Shown one piece after another: positions 56,690-64,000 of a DNA stretch of 64,000 bases. The stretch is from positions 12,595-76,594 of the forward strand of contig JAVBNC010000011.1 in NCBI GenBank assembly GCA_031551765.1, written 5' to 3'. The DNA comes from Desulfovibrionaceae bacterium. Lineage in GTDB: Bacteria > Desulfobacterota > Desulfovibrionia > Desulfovibrionales > Desulfovibrionaceae. The notes below the pieces were generated by a model. It did not search any database. It saw nothing but the letters and a program-made list of their open reading frames with translations, and had not been told where the DNA came from. The position numbers and the translations under genes are program-made. How positions within the stretch are numbered: the stretch's first letter is position 1; each line of letters opens with the position of its first letter.

Positions 56690-57595
56690 ATGAGCACTTT
56701 CACCAACAATACGGCCACGGCGGCGGATTTTTCGGTCGTGATCGTGGCCGGTCTTTCCGGCGCGGGCAAAAGCACGGCCCTCAACGTGTTCGAGGACATG
56801 CGCTTTTTCACCATGGACGGGCTGCCCGGTCCGCTTTTGCCGGAACTCACCCGCCTGCTCACCCGGGACAACCTGCGCCATTTCAACGGCCTGGCCCTGG
56901 GCGTGAACCTGCTGCAGTCCGACTTTATCCGCGAATACGGCAACACACTGTCCGCGTTGCGCGAGCAGGGCATAACGCCCATGCTGCTGTTCACGGAAGC
57001 CCAGCCCGAGGCGCTGATGCGCCGCTACGCCACCACCCGCCGGCCGCACCCCCTGGAAAGCGAGGGCCTGGGCCTGGAACAGGCCCTGGAAGAGGAACGC
57101 GGCCGCCTGATACCCGTGCGGGATCTGGCGGACCTGATCATCGACACCTCCGACTATTCCATCCACGACCTGCGCCGCGTCATCCAGGGCAAGTGGCAGA
57201 GCGCGCAGGAACACGCCCACACCCTCAAGGTGCACTTGGTCTCCTTCGGCTTCAAGTACGGCACGCCGTCGGACGCGGACCTGGTCTTTGACCTGCGCTT
57301 TCTGCCCAACCCCTATTTCGTGCCGGAACTCAAGGCCTTTTCCGGCCTGGACAAACCCGTGGCCGACTATGTGCTGGGCCAGGAGCCGGGGCACACCTTC
57401 CGGAGACGCACCACGGATTATCTGCTCTACATGCTTCCCTTGTACGAAGCGGAAGGGCGCTACCGCATCACCATCGGCATAGGCTGCACGGGCGGCCGCC
57501 ACCGATCCGTGGCGTTTACGGAGTCTTTGTCCCGCTCGTTGACAAAGCGCGATTTTGCGGTATCCACGGAACACCGGCACCTGGAATTGGGGTGA
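56690..57595 (+). CDS. rapZ: RNase adapter / nucleotide-binding protein RapZ
   Basis: Walker [10 protein letters not shown] and C-terminal CTGGRHRSV. Start is ATG 56690 or TTG 56669. Confidence 0.9.
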   Translation: MSTFTNNTATAADFSVVIVAGLSGAGKSTALNVFEDMRFFTMDGLPGPLLPELTRLLTRDNLRHFNGLALGVNLLQSDFIREYGNTLSALREQGITPMLLFTEAQPEALMRRYATTRRPHPLESEGLGLEQALEEERGRLIPVRDLADLIIDTSDYSIHDLRRVIQGKWQSAQEHAHTLKVHLVSFGFKYGTPSDADLVFDLRFLPNPYFVPELKAFSGLDKPVADYVLGQEPGHTFRRRTTDYLLYMLPLYEAEGRYRITIGIGCTGGRHRSVAFTESLSRSLTKRDFAVSTEHRHLELG

Positions 57596-57642
57596 TGTAC
57601 TTTTGAACTGATGCGCGCACCCCGCGCGCTATGAGGATAGGC

Positions 57643-58086
57643 ATGAGCAGCACGCAAACTTCGCAGGACGCCCTGGTGGGCGTGGTTCTGGTCACTCACG
57701 TGGATTACGGCGCGGCACTTCTGCGGGCGGCTGAGTTTATTCTGGGCCCCCTGCAGGATTGTTCATCCATTCAGGTGGACGTCTCGCTGGACGTGGATGT
57801 GACCGTCACCCGGCTGAAAGAGGCCGTCAGCCTGCTGGACAGGGGGAAAGGGATTATCGTGCTGACGGACATGTTCGGCGGCACCCCGACCAACCTCAGC
57901 CTGTCCCTTTTGGGTACCAAGGGCAATATCGAAGTGGTGACCGGGGTCAACCTGCCCATGCTGCTCAAGGTGTTCGAAAACCGGGGCACGGCCCTGGCCG
58001 ACCTGGCGGAACTGGCCATGGACGCGGGACGTAAGGGCATTGTTTCCGCGGGCGGCATTCTGCGCAGCAAGACCAAGACCGGGTAG
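57643..58086 (+). CDS. PTS mannose/fructose/sorbose family EIIA component
   Basis: GVVLVTHVDYG (active His context). ATG 57643 is preceded by GAGGA; the alternative is ATG 57631. Confidence 0.8.
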   Translation: MSSTQTSQDALVGVVLVTHVDYGAALLRAAEFILGPLQDCSSIQVDVSLDVDVTVTRLKEAVSLLDRGKGIIVLTDMFGGTPTNLSLSLLGTKGNIEVVTGVNLPMLLKVFENRGTALADLAELAMDAGRKGIVSAGGILRSKTKTG

Positions 58087-58126
58087 GGCGGTCAGCCGCT
58101 ATACCACAACACGGCGCCGCAAACCG

Positions 58127-58615
58127 ATGGAAGAGGGAAAACGCCATAACACGCTCTGGTTCAGGGTGGACAACCGGCTGGTGCACGGGCAGATCATAGA
58201 GACCTGGCTGCCCTACACCGGCGCCACGCGGCTGGTGGTCTGCAACGAGCGCTTGGCTTCCGACCCTTTTCAGCAGCAGATTATGCTGCTGGCCGTGCCG
58301 TCGCGCATCACGGTGGATTTCGTGCCCGCCGCCGGGCTGGAAGCCGTGCTGGAAGCGGGCAGGGCCCGGCATGAAAAAATTCTGACCCTGTTCGCCACCT
58401 GCGGCGATGCTCAAAACGCGTTTTCCCTGGGAGTGGCTATCCATACCCTGAACATAGGCAACCTGCATTACTGCCCCGGCAAGCTGCAACTGTGCGACCA
58501 CGTGGCCCTGGACGCCGGCGACATGCAATGTCTGTCCTTTTTCAAACAGCAGGGCGTGCAGCTTGATTTCCGCTGCGTGCCCAACGACCCGGTACAGGTG
58601 AGGGAATGGCAATGA
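58127..58615 (+). CDS. PTS mannose/fructose/sorbose family EIIB component
   Basis: RVDNRLVHGQIIETW (EIIB-Man active His context). Confidence 0.8.
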   Translation: MEEGKRHNTLWFRVDNRLVHGQIIETWLPYTGATRLVVCNERLASDPFQQQIMLLAVPSRITVDFVPAAGLEAVLEAGRARHEKILTLFATCGDAQNAFSLGVAIHTLNIGNLHYCPGKLQLCDHVALDAGDMQCLSFFKQQGVQLDFRCVPNDPVQVREWQ

Positions 58616-59327
58616 CAGACTTTATCCCCGCCCTGGTTCCCGCGCTGACCCCCTATCTGTTTCCCGCTTTTTTTTTGCCCTGCTGGCGCTGACGCGCTTT
58701 TGCGTCAACCTGGGCTTTCTTGACCGGCCGCTGGTAGTGGGCCTCTTGTGGGGGCTGTGGACGGGGGAGCTTTCCCCGGCCTTGCCCCTGGCGCTTTTTT
58801 ATGAGCTGTTCTGGCTGGATCTTTTCGCCGTGGGCACTTACGTGCCGCCCAACGCGCTGCTCCCCTTGCTGTGTCTGCTCACCCTGTCCCATATCATGGG
58901 GTTGGCGGATCCCTGGATCTTGAGCGTGCTGGCCCTGGTATTGCTGCCCATGGCCCACCTGGGCACCTGGCTGGAACTGCGCCACCGCCTCTGGCAGATC
59001 AGCGGGTACAACCGGCTGCTGCGCGCGTTCCGCATGGGGCGCTCGCTGGAGTTCGTTTCCTCCTGGGCTCTGGCCTTGTCCCTGGTCCAGCTTTTTTTCA
59101 TGAATTTTTTGCTTTTTTTTGTTATTGCCTGGGCCAGCTGTCCCCTGCTCATGATGCTGGTGCCCTTTATCCCCGAAATGGACCACGTGCCGCCCCTGTC
59201 TTCCTGGACCATGCTCTGGGCCATAGGCGCGCTGGGCGGACTCATGGCCCTGCGCATCCGGCGCAGCTTCGCCCTGTTCTCGCTCATGGCGGGCGCTGCG
59301 GCGCTGTATGGTTTTGTGGTCGGATAG
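58612..59327 (+). pseudogene. PTS EIIC(Man)-like membrane protein interrupted by a frameshift in a T9 run
   Basis: ATG 58612 overlaps the EIIB stop, and this frame ends at TGA 58690-58692. The hydrophobic ORF to 59327 is in another frame and joins seamlessly across T9 (58668-58676) if the run were T10 or T7. Confidence 0.6.
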
Positions 59328-59372
59328 AGCCATAGCTGCTTTTCCACCCCGCACCGAAGCCGGGAGCAAATT

Positions 59373-59494
59373 CCTTATCCCCCGGAGGGGCCGAAGCGGT
59401 CTTCCGCACAGGCCAGGCCCGCCAGGGCCATTGAGCGTAGGGGCCGGGCGCGATCCGGCTTTGCCGGTCGCGCATCTACCCGGCCCCACAGCGG
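59373..59494 (+). repeat. structured ~120-bp intergenic repeat, copy B
   Basis: See copy A (9538-9657). Ends 3 nt before the hppA -35 box. Confidence 0.85.
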
Positions 59495-59497
59495 TAA

Positions 59498-59526
59498 TTG
59501 ACAAGCAGCAGAGGGCAGTCTATACA
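59498..59526 (+). promoter_or_regulatory. strong sigma-70 promoter candidate for hppA
   Basis: TTGACA-17 nt-TATACA. GGGAGGAG RBS before ATG 59605. Confidence 0.6.
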
Positions 59527-59604
59527 TCGTCGTTTACATGAAACACGCCCTGCGGCGTCTTTTCCCATACACTACCCAACCGTCCCATCAGGGAGGAGAG
59601 CGAG

Positions 59605-61680
59605 ATGTCAGTCTTAGGTCTCTTGTTCGCGTTAGCCTGCGCCGGGTTCGCGATTTTTTACGGCATGAAGTCGAGTAAGGAAATCCTGGCCCTTCCCGCC
59701 GGGGACGAGCGCATGCAGGAAATTTCCAGCGCCATTCAGGAAGGCGCCAGCGCGTACCTGAAGCGTCAATACACCACCATTGCCATGGTGGGTGCGGCGC
59801 TTTTCCTTATGCTCTGGGTGCTGCTGGGCTTTGGCACCGCTTTCGGCTTCGCCTTGGGCGCGGCCCTGTCCGGCGCGGCCGGTTTCATCGGCATGAACGT
59901 GTCCGTGCGCGCCAACGTGCGCACCACGGAAGCGGCCAAGGAAGGGCTGGAAAAAGCCCTGGACGTGGCCTTCAAAGGCGGCGCCATCACCGGTTTCCTG
60001 GTGGTGGGCCTGGGCCTGGCCGGGGTGGCCGGGTATTACCTGCTGCTCTCGCTCTTCAGCAGCGCGGCCCCGGTTGACGTGATCAAACCCCTGGTGGGCC
60101 TTGGTTTCGGCGGCTCGCTCATCTCCATTTTTGCGCGTCTCGGCGGCGGCATCTTCACCAAGGGCGCGGACGTGGGCGCCGACCTGGTGGGCAAGGTGGA
60201 AGCCGGCATCCCTGAGGACGACCCCAGAAACCCCGCCGTTATCGCGGACAACGTGGGCGACAACGTGGGCGACTGCGCCGGTATGGCCGCCGACCTCTTT
60301 GAAACTTACGCGGTGACCATTATCGCCACCATGCTGCTGGGCGCGCTGCTCATCAAGGGCGCGGAACTGCGGGCCATTGTGTACCCCCTGGTGCTGGGCG
60401 GCTTTTCCATTATCGCTTCCGTCATCGGCTGCCGCTTCGTGAAGATCGACGACGACAAAAAGATCATGAAGGCCCTGTACAAAGGCTTGATCGTGGCCGG
60501 CGGCATTGCGGTGTTCGGCTTCTACCCCATCACCGCCATGTTCATGCCCGACGACGCCCTGAAAAGCGCCATGGGCCTGGCCAGCGGCGCGCACGCCCGT
60601 CTGTACGGCTCCGCGCTCATCGGCCTTATTCTCACCGGCATTATGGTCTATGTGACCGAATACTACACCGCCACGGAATACAAGCCCGTGCGCTACGTGG
60701 CGGAAGCCTCCCAGACCGGCCACGCCACCAACATCATCGCGGGCCTGGCCCTGTCCATGCGTTCCACCGCCTACCCGGTGCTGGCCGTGTGTTTCAGCAT
60801 TTACGCCTCCTACATGCTGGCGGGCCTGTACGGTATCGCCATTGCCGCCACGTCCATGCTTTCCATGACCGGCATTATCGTGGCCATTGACGCGTACGGC
60901 CCCATCACCGACAACGCCGGCGGCATTGCCGAGATGGCGGAATTGGACGATTCCGTGCGCGCCGTCACCGACCCCCTGGACGCCGTGGGCAACACCACCA
61001 AGGCCGTGACCAAGGGCTACGCCATCGGTTCCGCGGGCCTGGCCGCCCTGGTGCTGTTCGCGGACTACACCCACGCCCTGGAAGCGGGCGGGCGCCACGT
61101 CAGCTTTGACCTGTCCAACCCGGCTGTTATCATCGGCCTGTTCATCGGCGGCATGGTGCCGTACCTCTTCGGCGCCATGGCCATGGAAGCCGTGGGCCGC
61201 GCCGCTGGTTCCGTGGTCAACGAAGTGCGCCGCCAGTTCCGCGAAATCGCGGGCATTATGGAACGCACCGCCAAGCCCGACTACTCCCGCACCGTGGACA
61301 TGCTGACCAAAGCCGCCATTCAGGAAATGATCGTGCCTTCCCTGCTGCCCGTGCTCATTCCCGTGGTGGTGGGTTTCGGCGTGCGCTGGCTCATGGGGCC
61401 GGACGCCGGGGTGCAGGCCCTGGGCGGCCTCTTGATGGGCACCATCGTCACCGGCATTTTCGTGGCCGTGTCCATGACCACCGGCGGCGGCGCCTGGGAC
61501 AACGCCAAAAAGTACATTGAAGACGACAACTACGGCGGCAAGGGTTCCGATACCCACAAGGCCGCGGTTACCGGCGACACCGTGGGCGACCCCTACAAGG
61601 ATACCGCCGGCCCGGCCATCAACCCGCTGATCAAGATCATCAACATCGTGGCGCTGCTTATCGTGCCGCTGCTGGTCTAA
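59605..61680 (+). CDS. hppA: membrane-bound proton-translocating pyrophosphatase (Lys-type GNTTKA motif, K+-independent class)
   Basis: 691 aa, about 16 TM segments. DNVGDNVGD and GNTTKAV motifs. Confidence 0.95.
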   Translation: MSVLGLLFALACAGFAIFYGMKSSKEILALPAGDERMQEISSAIQEGASAYLKRQYTTIAMVGAALFLMLWVLLGFGTAFGFALGAALSGAAGFIGMNVSVRANVRTTEAAKEGLEKALDVAFKGGAITGFLVVGLGLAGVAGYYLLLSLFSSAAPVDVIKPLVGLGFGGSLISIFARLGGGIFTKGADVGADLVGKVEAGIPEDDPRNPAVIADNVGDNVGDCAGMAADLFETYAVTIIATMLLGALLIKGAELRAIVYPLVLGGFSIIASVIGCRFVKIDDDKKIMKALYKGLIVAGGIAVFGFYPITAMFMPDDALKSAMGLASGAHARLYGSALIGLILTGIMVYVTEYYTATEYKPVRYVAEASQTGHATNIIAGLALSMRSTAYPVLAVCFSIYASYMLAGLYGIAIAATSMLSMTGIIVAIDAYGPITDNAGGIAEMAELDDSVRAVTDPLDAVGNTTKAVTKGYAIGSAGLAALVLFADYTHALEAGGRHVSFDLSNPAVIIGLFIGGMVPYLFGAMAMEAVGRAAGSVVNEVRRQFREIAGIMERTAKPDYSRTVDMLTKAAIQEMIVPSLLPVLIPVVVGFGVRWLMGPDAGVQALGGLLMGTIVTGIFVAVSMTTGGGAWDNAKKYIEDDNYGGKGSDTHKAAVTGDTVGDPYKDTAGPAINPLIKIINIVALLIVPLLV

Positions 61681-61696
61681 GCGATACGCCGGAAGG

Positions 61697-61736
61697 CAAC
61701 AAAAAAGGGATCCTTGACGGGATCCCTTTTTTGTTG
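61697..61736. terminator. bidirectional hairpin terminator
   Basis: CAACAAAAAAGGGATCC-N6-GGATCCCTTTTTTGTTG between the convergent hppA and glycosyltransferase genes. Confidence 0.8.
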
Positions 61737-61750
61737 CCCGAGTTCCAGTG

Positions 61751-62944
61751 TCAGGAGGGCAGGGCGTCCAGGGTAGCCTGCCATTCCGGGGTAAGCAGCC
61801 CCCTGACCTGCAGCAGGTGGCGCAAAAACAGGGCCAGTTCCCGCGCATCCTTGTCCCGGCCCTGAAGCTGGCGCAGTTTGATCAGTTCCAGGTAGGTCTG
61901 GGGCCGTTCCTGCATGCTCAGGGCCTGAGTGAGAAAGCGTTCCGCCCGCTCCAGCCTTTTGTCCAGACGGGCCAGCATGGCGCGGAGCAGCCAGAGTTCC
62001 GTCACGTCCGCGTGATTGAGGGCGGCGTAACACAGGCAGAGCTGGGCTTCCTTGAGCTTGCCCTGGTGCATGAGCCCCTGGCTGGCGGCCCAGTACTGCT
62101 CAAAGCTCGCGGCATCGGGGCAGGGCGACGCGGGAGGATTGAGGTAAGGCGCTTGCAGCAGGCGTTCCAGTTTCGGCAAAAAGCGCTGGATTTTTTTGTC
62201 ACGCAGCGTTTTTTTCCGGGCTTGGTCATAGAACTTTTGCAGGGCGTGCGCGTATTCCGGGGCCGCCACGTCCGCCCGGCCCCGGCGCAGCTTCTGCTCG
62301 AAATCCTGTTGGGAGCGGTAGAAATAGTGATTGATCCTGGCCAGTTTGCCGGTGGAGGGCGCAAAAGGGGTGTTGCCGGGAATGGGGCAGTGGTCTTCCG
62401 TGACGGCGTAATTGCCCGGCGTGTAGTCGAAACTGTGCGGCGTGGGCACGGACGAAACGCGGCCGGGCTGCACAAAGCTTTTGATGTGGATGTCGTCCGG
62501 CATTTCTTCCGGCGGGAAGCATTCCGTGTAGGCATGCAGCACCGGGCCGTCCGGCCGTCCAAGGTGGCCGGAAGAGGAAAAGATGCGCCAGGTCAGCCCC
62601 AGGCCCGCGTGGGCTTCAAATTCGGAAAGTAGCAGACGCAGGTCGGTATCGCGCGTGGGGCAGACGAACTCATCCAGGTCCAGGAAGCCTATCCACTTGA
62701 ATTCAGTGCCGAAATCATCCAGGCAGTTCTGGTAGCAGGGCATTTGCATGGACTGGCCCGCCACCCGGCGCACAGTGACCAGGTCCGGACCGGCAAAGCC
62801 GTCCAGTAGCTCCTGCACGGGCCGCGCGCTCATGTTGTCGTAAATAATGAAGTGCTCCACGCCGAGCAGGGTGTGGTAGGCGATCCATTCCTTGAGGAAC
62901 GGGTCTTCATCTTTGACGATGCAGCAGAGGGCGAGGTAGCGCAT
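61751..62944 (-). CDS. glycosyltransferase (Glyco_tranf_2_4/GT92-like N-terminal domain) with TPR-like C-terminal region
   Basis: ATG 62944 (MRYLALCCIVKDEDPFLKEWIAYHTLLGVEHFIIYDN). The upstream part of the track ORF is a shadow of the cca gene. Confidence 0.65.
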   Translation of the reverse strand: MRYLALCCIVKDEDPFLKEWIAYHTLLGVEHFIIYDNMSARPVQELLDGFAGPDLVTVRRVAGQSMQMPCYQNCLDDFGTEFKWIGFLDLDEFVCPTRDTDLRLLLSEFEAHAGLGLTWRIFSSSGHLGRPDGPVLHAYTECFPPEEMPDDIHIKSFVQPGRVSSVPTPHSFDYTPGNYAVTEDHCPIPGNTPFAPSTGKLARINHYFYRSQQDFEQKLRRGRADVAAPEYAHALQKFYDQARKKTLRDKKIQRFLPKLERLLQAPYLNPPASPCPDAASFEQYWAASQGLMHQGKLKEAQLCLCYAALNHADVTELWLLRAMLARLDKRLERAERFLTQALSMQERPQTYLELIKLRQLQGRDKDARELALFLRHLLQVRGLLTPEWQATLDALPS

Positions 62945-62949
62945 GGGAA

Positions 62950-64000
62950 TTACCGGAGGGGGCCGTGCTGGCCAGCCAAGGCCTGGCAGCGGAGTTCCCT
63001 GAGTTTTTTGCCGGAAGAGGCACCCTGGTTGCGCTGTTGCACCGGCAAGGACACGGCGAGAATACGGGCAAGATCCGCAAAAAGCAACGGCATCAGGCCT
63101 TGGTTGCCGGAATCCGCGGCGACCAGGGCGGCAAAGGGCTGTATAAGACCCGGCTGGTGCAGTTCCAGCAAAAGATCCACCCTGGTGCCGGGCCGCAGGC
63201 GCGTGTACCAGCCGCCTTTCATGTGCAGGCGCGCGGCCAGAACCCCGGCTTTTTCCCAGCGGACTGACAGGCGCAGGCGGCGGGCCAGGGCGCGGGCCAG
63301 GGTTTCCCCGCGCGTCTCGTGGCCTATGTGCTTGGGCAGCAAGGTGGGGTCCGTGCCGCCCTTGCCCAGGTCGTGGCACAGCGCCATCCAGGCGGCCAGG
63401 GCTGCTGCCTCGCGTGGCACTTGGGGAAGCGCGCCGCACAGCGCGGCGGCTTTGTCCATGACCTCCGCCGTGTGCTCCAGCGCGGAAAGCGTGCCGTGAA
63501 AAGCTTCCGGCCCGGCGGGCACGGCGGCGCAAGGCTCCAGTTCCTCAAACCAGGGGGCAAGGCAGCCGCCCTGGGCCAGCACGCGCAGGAAACGCCCAGG
63601 CAGCGGGCTTTCCAGGGCCTTTTGCACTTCACGGCCCACGCGTTCGGCGGCGAGGGGGGCGAGCAGCTGCTCTTCCGCCGCCTGGCGCATGCCGTCCAGT
63701 GTGTCCGGGTGGAGCGTGAAATCCGGCAGCAGCGCGGCGAAACGCGCGGCCCGGAAAACCCGCGCCGGGTCCTGCCGGAAGGCCATGGGGGAAGCGGGGC
63801 GGAGTATCTTGTCCCGCAGGTCCGCCAAGGCCAGCGGGTGGGCGTGCAGCAGGCCGGATTCCTCCAGGGCCAGGGCGTTGATGGTGAAATCCCGCGCGGC
63901 CAGATCCTCGGTAATGTTCGCGCCGCGCAGGGGCACGTGGTCGTTGCCGTCCGCAAGATACACGGGTTCGCGCCGCCCTACGGCATGAATCCTGGGGCTG
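62950..64000 (-). CDS. cca: CCA-adding enzyme / tRNA nucleotidyltransferase with HD domain, 5' end outside window
   Basis: The frame stays open to the window edge. ARDFTINALA (polymerase head) and LCHDLGKG (HD domain). Confidence 0.75.
   Translation of the reverse strand, partial: SPRIHAVGRREPVYLADGNDHVPLRGANITEDLAARDFTINALALEESGLLHAHPLALADLRDKILRPASPMAFRQDPARVFRAARFAALLPDFTLHPDTLDGMRQAAEEQLLAPLAAERVGREVQKALESPLPGRFLRVLAQGGCLAPWFEELEPCAAVPAGPEAFHGTLSALEHTAEVMDKAAALCGALPQVPREAAALAAWMALCHDLGKGGTDPTLLPKHIGHETRGETLARALARRLRLSVRWEKAGVLAARLHMKGGWYTRLRPGTRVDLLLELHQPGLIQPFAALVAADSGNQGLMPLLFADLARILAVSLPVQQRNQGASSGKKLRELRCQALAGQHGPLR

Overview
High-GC chromosomal segment (about 60-65% by eye, not computed), densely packed with about 61 protein genes that are almost all housekeeping. 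Gene content and synteny suggest a Desulfovibrionaceae-like deltaproteobacterium; this is inference, not a database result. Recognisable blocks:
- GltP-type symporter, an Fe-S protein and two tandem M20 peptidases
- S1-like protein, M48 protease, cysS
- rpiB, lipoprotein, TPR protein, rpoH
- short-form metH, redoxin, GNAT, hpt
- radA, then clpS-clpA-aat
- rpmH-rnpA-yidD-yidC-jag-mnmE
- cytochrome P460-like, ICL/PEP-mutase-like and anion permease block
- cheZ-like, PilZ-like, ybgF, lspA, ileS
- hydrolase plus two unknown genes
- EF-G paralog, rsmA, HU, lpxL-like
- purQ plus nitroreductase-like gene
- pyrG-kdsA-kdsC-lptC-lptA-lptB-rpoN-hpf-ptsN-rapZ, followed by mannose-family PTS IIA/IIB/IIC
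- hppA, a glycosyltransferase, cca

I found no rRNA or tRNA genes, CRISPR array, prophage, transposase, toxin-antitoxin pair or recognisable defence island. I do not see convincing evidence for a new multi-gene system here.

The items most worth a second look are small-scale:
- a PTS EIIC-like gene split at a T9 homopolymer
- a 239-bp MITE-like element filling the intergenic region upstream of the EF-G paralog
- a structured ~120-bp intergenic repeat present twice
- a family of very long perfect hairpins
- an orphan plus-strand terminator in the cysS leader
- a sigma-54-type -24/-12 match directly upstream of rpoN
- a CheZ-like/PilZ-like gene pair
- Lys/Ala/Pro-rich tails on ClpA, LptC and Jag

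The many long antisense ORFs in the track are GC3 shadow ORFs and were not called.
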